Assembly: GCA_963836205.1 (NCBI GenBank)
Contig: CAWIIV010000015.1
Span: 423,323-487,322, forward strand
Source: an uncultured Acidimicrobiia bacterium
GTDB taxonomy: Bacteria; Actinomycetota; Acidimicrobiia; Acidimicrobiales; AC-14
Direction: 5' to 3'
Length of the DNA stretch: 64,000 nucleotides
In this document: positions 39,671 to 49,252 of the stretch, piece after piece
How positions within the stretch are numbered: the first letter of the stretch is position 1
Layout of the letters: the number at the start of each line of letters is the position of its first letter
The notes under the pieces: model-generated
What the model was told of the DNA's origin: nothing
Database searches by the model: none
Seen by the model: the letters and a program-made list of their open reading frames with translations, nothing else
Program-made: the position numbers and the translations under genes

Positions 39671-40916
39671 GTGGGGCTCACTCGACTCGTCCATCAGGTC
39701 CAGGGCATCGCCCTCGGTGACGCGCTGGCGCTGGCAGACGGGTTGCTGACGGTCGGCCGGGCCGACGCCGAGGCCTGCTTCGACTCGCCCGCGTTGGCCT
39801 CGTTCACCCTGTCGGTGGCCGCACCGGGAGAATCGGCACGGATCGTCAAGGTGCTCGACGCAGTGGAGCCCCGCACCAAGGGCCCCGGCGGTGGGGGGAT
39901 CTTCCCCGGTTTCGTCGGCCCGGCGGACGGGGCTGTCGGGGAGGGGACGACGCACGTCCTGCGGGGGGCGGCGGTGGTGGTGGCCGGCTACCTGCCCCGG
40001 GCCCAGGAGGCGATCGTCGACATGTCGGGGCCGGCCGCCGACCTGTCGCCCCTGGCCCAGACGGTGAACCTGGTGGTCGAGTTCACGCCCGCCGAGGGCG
40101 CCGCCTGGGAGGACGTCGACGTCGCCCTCCGCCTGGGCGCCCTCCGCCTGGCCGCCCACCTGGCCGAGGCGGGCCTCGAAGTCGAGCCCGACGCGGTGGA
40201 GGAGCCGCTCGACCCGGCTGCGGGCGATGGCCTGCCCAAGGTGGCCGCCCTCACCAACCTCCAGACCCAGGGGACGTTCAAGGACGTCTTCGTCTACGGG
40301 AAGTCGTTCGCCGGCGAGCAGCCCGCGCGTGATCGGCCCCGGCGAGATCGACGACGGGGCGGTGGTGAGCGGCCAGTTCGGCCACCCGTCGCTCAAGAAC
40401 CCCACGTGGGTCCACCAGAACCACCCGGTGGCGGCCGCCCTGCGAGCCCGCCACGGCGTCGACCTGTGCTTCGCCGGCATCGTCATCTCCCCCGAGCCGG
40501 TGGCCATGGCGGCCAAGGAGGACATCTCGGCCGCCGCCGCCCGGGTGTGCGCCGAGGCCGGCTTCGAAGCCGTGATCGTCACCAAGGAGGGAGGGGGCAA
40601 CGCCGACGCCGACATGGCCCTCAAGATGGACGCCCTGGAGGAGCTGGGGATCACCGCGGTCGGCCTGTTCGCGGAGATGTCGGGCATCGACGGCACCGGC
40701 CCGCCCATCGTCGTCCCGCCGGAGCGGGCGACGGCCATGGTGAGCACCGGCAACTACGACCACCGGCTCTCGCTGCCGGCTGTCGAGCGGGCCTACGGGG
40801 GCGAGCGGGTGGCGCTGGTGGACCAACTGGCCACCGAGGCCATGGAACTGCCCACCGCCGTCATCTACTGCTCCCTCAGCTGCCTCGGGTGGGGGAGACT
40901 GCGGGCACTCATATGA
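39671..40916 (+). CDS. Glycine/sarcosine/betaine reductase component B alpha/beta subunit (GrdE/GrdI-like); +1 frameshift near 40323
   Basis: PGESARI..VLDAVEPRTK, GTTHVLRG, IVDMSGP, DGAVVSG, KNPTWVHQNHP, EGGGNADAD, VSTGN. Confidence 0.88.
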
Positions 40917-40926
40917 GACCAAGAGA

Positions 40927-42228
40927 ATGAGAGTCGTCCACTACATCAACCAGTTCTTCGCCGGGGTCGGCGGGGAGGACTCGGCCGCCTCCGGGCCGTC
41001 GTCGGTGCCGGAGGCCAAGGGTCCCGGCCGCAAGCTGGCCAACCTCCTCGGGCCCGACCACCAGATCGTGGCCACGGTGTGGTGCGGCGACGACTATGCG
41101 GTCGGCACCGCGGGGGCGATGGACGAGATCCTCGCCCTCATCCTGGCGGCCGAGCCCGACCTGGTGATCGCCGGCCCCGCCTTCACCAGCGGCCGCTACG
41201 GCCTGGCCTGTGCCCGGGTGGTGGCCGCGACCACCGCCGCCGGGCTCAAGGCCGTCGCCGCCATGCACCCCGACAACCCCGGGCTCGACGAGGCCGGCGC
41301 GGCGCCGGTGGTCGCCTCGGGCGAGGTGGCCCGGTCGATGGGCCCGTCACTCGACACCCTGGGCGGGGCGGCCAAGGCCCTGCTCCTGGGGGCCGAGCTC
41401 ACCACCGACGACGGTCGCATCGGCCGCCTGCCCCGCCGGTCGGTGCTCGACGAGGCCAACGCCGCCACCCGGGCCGTCGACCTCGTCCTCGTCCGCCTGG
41501 CCGGCGACCGCGACGCCACCGAGGTCCCCCTCCCCCGCTTCGACCAGGTCACCCCGGCCGCGCCCATCGACGATCCGGCGGCAGTCACCATCGCCTTCGT
41601 CACCGAGGGCGGTCTCGTGCCCGACGCCAACCCCGGCGGCCTGGAGTCGGCCCGGGCCACCCGCTGGCTCCGGTACCCGATCGAAGACCGAGCGGCGCTC
41701 GAGGCCGGTGACTGGCGCTCGGTGCACGGCGGCTTCTCCACCGTCTACGCCAACGCCGACCCCAACCGCATCCTGCCCCTCGACGTGGCCCGGGAGCTGG
41801 AGGGCGAGGGCCGTATCGGCTCGCTCATGCCCGAGTACTTCGTCACCACCGGCAACGGCACGTCGGTGGCCAACGCCCGCCGCTTCGGGGTGGAGTGGGC
41901 GGCCGACATCCGCCGGTCCGGGGCCCGGGCCGCCATCCTCACCGCCACGTGAGGAACGGGCACGCGTTGCGGGGCAACGCTGGCAAAAGAGCTGGAGCGA
42001 GCCGGGATCCCGACGGCCCTGCTCTGCAACCTGGTCTCCATCGCCCAGCGGGTGGGCGCGCCCCGCATCGTCCGCACCCGGGGCATCCCCTACCCCGCGG
42101 GCGACCCGTCCCTGTCCCCGGAGGACGAGCACGCCTGGCGCCGCCGCCTGGTCGAGCAGGGCCTGGCCGCAGTGACCACCCACGTCTCCCAACCGACTGT
42201 CTTCGAGGTAGCCGACGCAAGTGAGTAA
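40927..42228 (+). CDS. grdB: Glycine/betaine reductase selenoprotein B (GrdB/GrdH family), Sec at TGA 41950-41952
   Basis: VVHYINQFFAGVGGE, GPAF..GRYG, HGG, DPNR..PLD, TGNGT; frame continues past TGA as TAT-U-GTGTRCGATLAKELERAGIP...IPYPAGDP to TAA 42226-42228. Confidence 0.92.
41964..41980 (+). promoter_or_regulatory. Putative SECIS hairpin of grdB
   Basis: GCGTTGC-GGG-GCAACGC, starting 11 nt after the UGA. Confidence 0.75.
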
Positions 42229-43663
42229 CGAAGCGATCATCACCGCATCCACCCAGGTCCTGGCCCACGTGCCGGGACTGGCCGAGCACGGATCGAAGCC
42301 CCGCCGGGAGCTGCCCCGCAGCGCCGAGGTGGCGGCCGACTTCGCCAAAGGCCTCCGGTCCTACGACGACGCCGTCGCCTACGGGCCCCACCAGGCCTAC
42401 CTCAACGCCATCCACCCCCGCGACCTGCCCCCGAGGCCGTGGGTGGGCAACGGCCTCCCGGACGTGGGCCGGTTCGCCCCCGCGGGCGAGATCATGCCGG
42501 AGGACGAGTTCCTCGGGCTGATGGCCGTCGTCGACGACTTCGGCCTGCTCGCCATCTCGCCCGCGATCGCCGAGCGGGCCGCGACGGCCCTGGCCGGCCA
42601 CCCCCTGGCCAAGGGGCTCGACCTCGACCGGCTCGACAAGGCCTCGGCCGACGTGGAGGCGGTGGCGGCCGAGCCCGGCTCCACCCGCATCGAGCGGGGC
42701 GGTGAGCTCCGGGCCGTCATGCGGTGGGGTGAGGGCTTCGACGAGTCCCTGATGTCGGTGGTGCTGCTCGACAACCTGGCGGCCAAGGCCACCGCCACCC
42801 TGGCCCTGCTCCACCTGCTCGACAAGACCGACGTCGACCCCCTGTCGATCCCTTACGTCCTCGGCTGCGGCGAGGAGGCCATCGGCGACCGCTACCAGCG
42901 GGGCGGCGGCAACATGGGCAAGACGGTGGCCGAGAAGGGCGGGCTGCTCCAGGCCAGCGGGGCCGACATCAAGAACTTCTGCGCCGCCCCCGTCCCCGCC
43001 CTGGTCATGGCCGGGGCCCTGGTCAGCAGCGGGGTCTTCGACCGGGTGGCGGTCATCGCCGGCGGGTCGATGGCCAAGCTGGGCATGAAGTTCCAGGGCC
43101 ACCTCAAGAACGGCCTCCCCGTGTTGGAGGACGTCCTCGGCGGCACCGCCGCCCTCGTCGAGCGGGCCGACGCCGCCGGCGCCGCCGGCCGCCACGGGCC
43201 CCGCATCCGCCTCGACGCCGTCGGCCGCCACACCGTGTCCGCCGGCGGTTCCCAGCCCCAGGTCATGGCCGCCCTCGCCCTCGAACCCCTGTCCCGCCTG
43301 GGCCTGCCGTTCTCCTCGATCGACGACTTCGCCACCGAGCTCCACAACCCGGAGATCACCGAGCCCCAGGGATCGGGCAACGTCCCCGAGCGCAACTACC
43401 GCACGATCGCCGCCCTGGCGGTGAAGGCGGGCGACATCGAGCGGGCCGACATCGCCGATTTCGTCCTGAAACACGGGATGCCCGGGTACGCTCCGACACA
43501 GGGCCATCTGGCCTCGTCGCTCTGCTACCTCCCCCACGCCGTCGAGCGACTTACCATGGGAAACGCCGAAAGGGTCATGTTGATCGCCAAAGGAAGTCTC
43601 TTCCTCGGTCGGATGAGTCAGCTGTCCGACGGCATGAGCGTGCTGCTGGAGCGCCAGTCATGA
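42221..43663 (+). CDS. grdC: Glycine reductase complex component C beta subunit (FabH-like)
   Basis: CGEEAIGDRYQRGGGN, NFCAAP, ELHNPEIT...G.GNVP..NY, MPGYAPTQGH, KGSLFLGRM. Confidence 0.92.
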   Translation: MSNEAIITASTQVLAHVPGLAEHGSKPRRELPRSAEVAADFAKGLRSYDDAVAYGPHQAYLNAIHPRDLPPRPWVGNGLPDVGRFAPAGEIMPEDEFLGLMAVVDDFGLLAISPAIAERAATALAGHPLAKGLDLDRLDKASADVEAVAAEPGSTRIERGGELRAVMRWGEGFDESLMSVVLLDNLAAKATATLALLHLLDKTDVDPLSIPYVLGCGEEAIGDRYQRGGGNMGKTVAEKGGLLQASGADIKNFCAAPVPALVMAGALVSSGVFDRVAVIAGGSMAKLGMKFQGHLKNGLPVLEDVLGGTAALVERADAAGAAGRHGPRIRLDAVGRHTVSAGGSQPQVMAALALEPLSRLGLPFSSIDDFATELHNPEITEPQGSGNVPERNYRTIAALAVKAGDIERADIADFVLKHGMPGYAPTQGHLASSLCYLPHAVERLTMGNAERVMLIAKGSLFLGRMSQLSDGMSVLLERQS

Positions 43664-43673
43664 AGGCACGGTC

Positions 43674-44009
43674 ATGAGCGAGCTGGTCGGCGAGGCCACC
43701 CGCGACAACTTCCAGGAAGTCGTGTCCGAGGGCACGGTGCTGGTCGACGTGTGGGGCCCCGACTGCCAGCCCTGCCTCGCCCTCAACCCCCACGTCGAGA
43801 AGCTGGCCGAGGCCCACGCCGGCGATCTCAAGGTCGTCAAGCTGGAGGCGCCCAAGGCCCGCCGGCTGTGCATGTCGATGGGGCTGATGGGGCTGCCCAT
43901 CTTCCTGCTGTTCAAGGACGGCGAGGAGGTCGACCGCATCGCCGGACCGGCCGCCAACACGCCCGCCCAGCTCACGGCGTTCGTCGAGAAGAATCTTTCG
44001 AGCACATGA
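43674..44009 (+). CDS. Thioredoxin of the grd operon
   Basis: VDVWGPDCQPC; RRLC...LMGLP.FL.FKDGEEV. Confidence 0.9.
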   Translation: MSELVGEATRDNFQEVVSEGTVLVDVWGPDCQPCLALNPHVEKLAEAHAGDLKVVKLEAPKARRLCMSMGLMGLPIFLLFKDGEEVDRIAGPAANTPAQLTAFVEKNLSST

Positions 44010-44022
44010 TCATTGGAGGGGG

Positions 44023-44493
44023 GTGAGCAACCTGTTCCAGGACAAGTTCGTGATCGCCATGGGCGAGCGCGACGGCATCTCCGGACCGTCGATCGCAGCG
44101 TGTGTCAAAGCCGCCGGGGGCAACGTGGTCTTCGTGGCCACCGAGTGCTTCGTCTGAACGGCTTCAGGGGCCATGGACCTGCAGAGCCAGGAGACGATTC
44201 TCCGGCTCTCTGAGGCGCACGGTGCTCCCAACCTTCTCGTCCTGCTCGGTGCCCCCGATCCGGAGGCAGCCGAGATCTCGGCGGAGACGGTGATCCTGGG
44301 AGACCCGGCGTACGCAGGTGCACTGGCCGAGGTCCAGTTGGGCCTCGACGTGTTCCACATCCTCGAAGACGAGGTGAAGGCCGCCATCCCCGACGACGTC
44401 TGGGAGGACCAGATCGGCGTGATGGCCGACGTCCTCGACGCCGAAGGACTGGCCGCGGCCGTCGCCGGCATGCGCGCCCAGCGTCCGACCTAG
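44023..44493 (+). CDS. grdA: Glycine reductase selenoprotein A, Sec at TGA 44155-44157
   Basis: GGAGG RBS, GTG 44023; GERDGISGP...TECFV-U-TASGAMDL...AETV..GDP.YAG.L..VQLGL; 156 aa. Confidence 0.93.
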
Positions 44494-44522
44494 GCAGGCC
44501 CTGGTCCTAGGTTGGGGGCGAC

Positions 44523-45263
44523 ATGCCCTCCATGAAGACCGACCTTCACGAGATCGCCGACGGGATCTTCCAGATCTCCACGTTCCTGCCCGACGTCGGC
44601 CAGCGGGGATTCACCCTCAACCAGTTCCTGATCCGGGCCGACGAGCCGCTGCTGTTCCACTGCGGCCCGCGGCGGCTGTTCGAGAACATGACCGAGTTCG
44701 CGGGGCGGGTGACCAAGCTCAGCCGCATCCGGTTCCTCGCCTTCAGCCACGTGGAGGCGGACGAGTGTGGCGCCCTCCCCCAGTGGTTGAAGGTGGTCCG
44801 GCGCGACGCCGAGGTGGTCATGGGCGACGTGGCCGCCAACTGGACCGGAGTCGACCTCACCGACCACCCGGTGACGGCCCTGCGCAACGGCAACGTCCTC
44901 GAGCTGGGCGACAAGCGGGTGCGGTGGAAGGCCACGCCCCACGTCATGCACGGGTGGGACGCGGGCATGCTCTGGGAGGAGAACACCAACACCCTCTTCT
45001 GCGCCGACGTGTTCACCCAGACGGGCGAGCGTCCGCCGGTGACCGACAGCGCCGACATCGTGGAGTGGGCCCTGGCCGCGGAGGACGTGATGCACTCCAC
45101 CGCCATCACCCCGGCCCTGCACACGACCCTCCTGGAGCTGGCCGAGATCCGGCCCGACACGCTGGCCGTCATGCACGGGGCGTCGTTCAACGGTGACTGC
45201 CGCGACGCCCTCCACGCCCTGGCCGAGTCTTACCTCCACCGCCTGGAGAACTCGATGCCCTGA
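44523..45263 (+). CDS. Metallo-beta-lactamase-fold protein (FprA N-terminal/ODP-like)
   Basis: SHVEADECG, TPHVMHGWD, LFCAD, MHG. Confidence 0.8.
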   Translation: MPSMKTDLHEIADGIFQISTFLPDVGQRGFTLNQFLIRADEPLLFHCGPRRLFENMTEFAGRVTKLSRIRFLAFSHVEADECGALPQWLKVVRRDAEVVMGDVAANWTGVDLTDHPVTALRNGNVLELGDKRVRWKATPHVMHGWDAGMLWEENTNTLFCADVFTQTGERPPVTDSADIVEWALAAEDVMHSTAITPALHTTLLELAEIRPDTLAVMHGASFNGDCRDALHALAESYLHRLENSMP

Positions 45264-45343
45264 TCGGGCGGCGGGTAGGCTGACCGCCAGGTGTGCCGGG
45301 AAGTCTGGTCGGCGTCCGTGCTCGACGCGACCCCGGAGCGCCC

Positions 45344-46645
45344 GTGGCCAACCCTCCCAGCCGACCCTCGCCCGTCCAGTCGGGCCCCCACCTGCCGCCC
45401 GGTCTCCAGCGCTTCCTCCACACCGAAGCCGCCGGTGGGCTGGCCCTGGTGCTGGCCACGGTGGTCGCCCTGGCCTGGGCCAACTCGGCCTGGGGCGATC
45501 GCTACGACACCTTCTGGCACACCGCGGTCGACGTCCGGATCGGGAGCGTCGGGTTCTCCGGGGACCTCCGCCATCTGGTGAACGAGGGCCTCATGGCCCT
45601 GTTCTTCTTCGTCGTCGGGCTGGAGATCAAGCGGGAGATGGTGACCGGCGAGCTTCGGGCCTGGCGGACGGCCGCCCTGCCCGCCATCGCCGCGGTGGGC
45701 GGGATGGTCGTGCCCGCCCTGGTGTACCTGGCCGTGAACGCCAGCGGACCGGGGGCGCGGGGGTGGGGCGTCCCGATGGCCACCGACATCGCCTTCGCCA
45801 TCGGCGTGCTCGCCCTGCTCGGGACCCGGGTGCCCTCGTCGCTGAAGCTGTTCCTCCTGACCCTGGCCATCGTCGACGATGTCGGTGCCATCGTGGTCAT
45901 CGCCGTCTTCTACTCGGGCGGCGTGTCGTTCCAGGCCCTGCTGGTGGCGGCCGCCCTGCTGGCGGCTATGGGTGGGCTGCGGGCGGCGGGGGTGGTCTGG
46001 CTGCCGGCCTACGTGGTCCTGGGGGCAGGGGTGTGGCTGGCGTTCTACGAGTCCGGGGTCCACGCCACCATCGCCGGCGCCCTCCTCGGGCTGCTGGCCC
46101 CGGCCCGGCCGCTGGCGCCGGCGGCGGTGGCCCGGGAGTGGGCGTCGGACCTCTCCGACGAGCCGGGGCCGGCCGAGCTGAAGACCATGGCCGACCTGGC
46201 CAAGTCGACGGTGTCGGTGGCCGAGCGGCTCGAGCACCTGCTCCACCCCCTGACCAGCTTCGCCATCATCCCCCTCTTCGCCCTGGCCAACGCCGGGATC
46301 GAGCTCCGGGCCGACGCCCTCGACGGACCCGGCGCGTCCCGGATCGCCCTCGGCGTGGTCCTGGGACTGGTGGTGGGCAAGCTGGTCGGCGTGAGCGGGG
46401 CCGCCTGGCTGGCGGTGCGCCTGGGGATCGGGACGCTGCCGGAGGGTGTGCGCTGGGGCCAGCTGGTCGGTGTGGCGGCACTGGCCGGAATCGGCTTCAC
46501 CGTGTCGCTCTTCGTGGCCGGGCTGGCCTTCCCGACGGCCGGGGCGGAGGACGCGGCCAAGCTCGGCGTGCTGATCGCGTCGGGGCTGGCGTCGGCGCTG
46601 GGCGTGACCCTGCTGCTGGCCTCGTCCCGCCGTCGGGCGAGCTAG
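45344..46645 (+). CDS. nhaA: Na+/H+ antiporter
   Basis: GLEIKRE, PMATDIAFA, LAIVDD, SGVHATIAG, GIGFTVSLF. Confidence 0.95.
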   Translation: MANPPSRPSPVQSGPHLPPGLQRFLHTEAAGGLALVLATVVALAWANSAWGDRYDTFWHTAVDVRIGSVGFSGDLRHLVNEGLMALFFFVVGLEIKREMVTGELRAWRTAALPAIAAVGGMVVPALVYLAVNASGPGARGWGVPMATDIAFAIGVLALLGTRVPSSLKLFLLTLAIVDDVGAIVVIAVFYSGGVSFQALLVAAALLAAMGGLRAAGVVWLPAYVVLGAGVWLAFYESGVHATIAGALLGLLAPARPLAPAAVAREWASDLSDEPGPAELKTMADLAKSTVSVAERLEHLLHPLTSFAIIPLFALANAGIELRADALDGPGASRIALGVVLGLVVGKLVGVSGAAWLAVRLGIGTLPEGVRWGQLVGVAALAGIGFTVSLFVAGLAFPTAGAEDAAKLGVLIASGLASALGVTLLLASSRRRAS

Positions 46646-46694
46646 ACGGGGCGGGACCAGTACGGGCCGACGACGCCACCGGTACGCTGCCGCG

Positions 46695-48620
46695 GTGACG
46701 GCGCAGTCCACCGACGACGACGCCCGCGGGGCGGACGCACCACGGCTGCCCTACCTGCCCGCCATCGACGGGCTGCGGGCGCTGGCCGTGTCGGCCGTGT
46801 TCGCCTACCACGCCGGCATCGGCTGGGCCCGGGGCGGATTCCTGGGCGTCGACGTTTTCTTCGTCATCAGCGGCTACCTGATCACCGCCCTGCTGCTGGC
46901 CGACTACCGCCGCACCAGCCGGTTGGGGATCATCCAGTTCTGGCGGCGGCGGGCCCGGCGGCTGCTGCCGGCCCTGATCGTCCTCCTCGTCGGTGTGTCG
47001 GTGGCCGTCCCCCTGCTCGCGTCCGACCAGGGCTACCGGCTGCGGGCCGACGTGCTGGCCGCCCTCGGCTACGTCAGCAACTGGCGGCTGATCTTCGAGC
47101 ACCAGTCGTACTTCCAGTCGCTCGGCCGCCCGCCCCTGCTCCAGCACCTGTGGAGCCTGGCGGTGGAGGAGCAGTTCTACCTGCTGTGGCCGCTCGTGCT
47201 GGCCCTGCTGCTGCGGTGGCGGGAACCGCGGCGCCTGGTCGGGCCCATCCTCGGGCTGGCGGCTGCGTCTGCCGCCCTCATGGCCTTCCTGCACGACCCC
47301 ACGGGCGACCCGTCCCGCGTCTATTACGGCACCGACACCCGGGTCGCCGGGATCCTGGTGGGGGCGGCACTGGCGTGCGTTCCGCTGCGATGGACGAGGG
47401 CTGCGGGCAAGGACCGGATGCCGGTCGTGAGGCGAGTGGGGCTGGAGGTGGCGGGGGCCGCGGTGCTGTGGGGGATGTGGCTGTGCCTGTCGCGGGTCGA
47501 CCAGTTCGACCCCCTCTTGTACCGGGGCGGCTTCCTGGGGGCGGCGGTGCTGGCCGCGGGGGCGATCGTGGTCGCCACCCACCCCCGATCATGGGTGGCG
47601 AAGGCGCTGTCCGTCCGGCCCCTGGTGTGGCTGGGACGGCGGTCGTACGCCGTCTACCTCTGGTTCTGGCCGGTGTTCATGCTCACCCGGCCCCACGCCG
47701 ACGTTCCGTTGCGCGGCACCCCGCTACTGGTCCTGCGCATCGCCATCACCCTCGCCCTGGCCACGGCGTCGTACCGGTGGGTGGAGAAGCCCATCCGCGA
47801 CGGGGCCCTCGGTCGGGTGTGGGCCGACGCCCGCTCGTCGCTGGCCCGCCGGGCCCGGCCGTCGGTGACCGCCACCCGCTGGGCGCTCGGCTCGGTGCTG
47901 GCCCTGGTGGCGGTATCGACCGCGGTGCTGGTTGGACACCCCGCGCCCGGCGCTCCGTTCGCCCTGCCGTCGGCCGCGTCGGCTACCCCCGCCCCGGAGG
48001 CGGCGGCCACGATCGTCCCCCAGACGACGGTGCTGGCGGTGGTCGCCCCCGCGCCCGCCCCGGTCGAACCGGTGGTGGCGGTGGTGGTCCCTGAGGTGCC
48101 AGCGGTCGTCCCGGTGCCCGAACCCGAACCTCCTCCCCCGCCGCCCCCGCCGCCGGGGCCGCCCGCCGGCACCCGGGTCACGGCCATCGGGGAGTCGGTG
48201 ATGATCGTCGCCCAGCCGGCCATGGAGGCGGAGGGGATCTACGTCGACGCCGTCATCGGCCGCCAGTTCGCCGACTCGCTGGCCGTCGCCCACGCCCTGC
48301 GGGACGCGGGCGGGCTGGGCGAGATCGTCGTGGTCCACCTGGGCAACAACGGGCCCGTCACCGAGGGTCAGTTCGACGAGTTGATGGACACCCTGTCCGT
48401 CGTCCGCCGGGTGGTGGTGGTGAACCTACGGGTGCCCCGGCCGTGGGAGGAGCACAACAACAACCTGTTCGCGTCCGCCGTCCCCCGGTTCGCCAACGCC
48501 GTCCTCGTCGACTGGCACGGCATCGGCGACAGCCACCCCGACGCCTTCGTCGACGACGGCGTCCACATGACCCACGACGGGGTCCAGCTCTACGTCGACC
48601 TGCTCCACTCGGGGATGTAG
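46695..48620 (+). CDS. Acyltransferase-3 plus SGNH O-acetyltransferase (OatA-like)
   Basis: DGLRALAV, GVDVFFVISGYLIT, HLWSLAVEEQFY; C-terminal GES, GNNG, DGVH. Confidence 0.9.
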   Translation: MTAQSTDDDARGADAPRLPYLPAIDGLRALAVSAVFAYHAGIGWARGGFLGVDVFFVISGYLITALLLADYRRTSRLGIIQFWRRRARRLLPALIVLLVGVSVAVPLLASDQGYRLRADVLAALGYVSNWRLIFEHQSYFQSLGRPPLLQHLWSLAVEEQFYLLWPLVLALLLRWREPRRLVGPILGLAAASAALMAFLHDPTGDPSRVYYGTDTRVAGILVGAALACVPLRWTRAAGKDRMPVVRRVGLEVAGAAVLWGMWLCLSRVDQFDPLLYRGGFLGAAVLAAGAIVVATHPRSWVAKALSVRPLVWLGRRSYAVYLWFWPVFMLTRPHADVPLRGTPLLVLRIAITLALATASYRWVEKPIRDGALGRVWADARSSLARRARPSVTATRWALGSVLALVAVSTAVLVGHPAPGAPFALPSAASATPAPEAAATIVPQTTVLAVVAPAPAPVEPVVAVVVPEVPAVVPVPEPEPPPPPPPPPGPPAGTRVTAIGESVMIVAQPAMEAEGIYVDAVIGRQFADSLAVAHALRDAGGLGEIVVVHLGNNGPVTEGQFDELMDTLSVVRRVVVVNLRVPRPWEEHNNNLFASAVPRFANAVLVDWHGIGDSHPDAFVDDGVHMTHDGVQLYVDLLHSGM

Positions 48621-48626
48621 CCGCCC

Positions 48627-49250
48627 TCAGGCCACCTTCCCGATGGCGGCCAATACCCGTCGGCGGAGATCGTCGAGGCTCAGTCCGTGGCGGGTGAGCA
48701 CGAGGGCGGCCAGTCCCTCTCCCTCGCGGAGGAGGCCGAGGAGGATGTGCTCGGTGCCGATGTAGTTGTGACGGAGATGGAGCGCCTCCCGCAGGGAAAG
48801 CTCCAACACCGTCTTGCTGCGGGGCGTGAACGGGATGTGGCCGCCGACGGGCAGCATCGGACCCGAGCAGGGCACGCCCCGGCGGCGGGGACGGCGAAGC
48901 TGCACCCGCCGCCGTCGGGGTGGCCGGCTGGCCATCTCCAACGCTCCTGGTCCGAACGTCTCCTCGATGCGGTCCCGGATGGAGTCGACGTCGATGCCGA
49001 TGGCGCGCAGGGCGTCGGCGTCGGACGGGCCGACCAGGTCGGAGGTGCCCACGATGTCGAGGACGGCCGTCCGGATGTCGTTCGGCGACACCCCTGCATC
49101 GGCGAGGACACGGGCCGCCACCCCGTCCTCCTCCCGCATCAGGGCGAGGAGGAGGTGCTCGGTGCCGACGTAGCCGTGGCCATGGGTGCGGGCCTCGTCC
49201 CGGGCGTATACGACCACGTTGCGGGCCCGGTCGGTGAAGCGCTCGAACAC
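48627..49250 (-). CDS. Stand-alone ClpC N-terminal-domain protein
   Basis: FERFTDRAR, GTEHLLL, HIPFTPRSK.VLELSLREA..L.HNYIGTEHILLGL; no AAA+ domain. Confidence 0.9.
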   Translation of the reverse strand: MFERFTDRARNVVVYARDEARTHGHGYVGTEHLLLALMREEDGVAARVLADAGVSPNDIRTAVLDIVGTSDLVGPSDADALRAIGIDVDSIRDRIEETFGPGALEMASRPPRRRRVQLRRPRRRGVPCSGPMLPVGGHIPFTPRSKTVLELSLREALHLRHNYIGTEHILLGLLREGEGLAALVLTRHGLSLDDLRRRVLAAIGKVA

Positions 49251-49252
49251 GA

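Noticed and set aside
40315-40330. Programmed frameshift in the grdE/I-like gene
   Set aside because: No slippery heptamer; removing one C from a CCC run restores the frame, like the other probable assembly errors.
40927-41952. grdB (and likewise grdA) as truncated pseudogenes
   Set aside because: Both TGA codons fall exactly at the known Sec positions and homology continues in frame.
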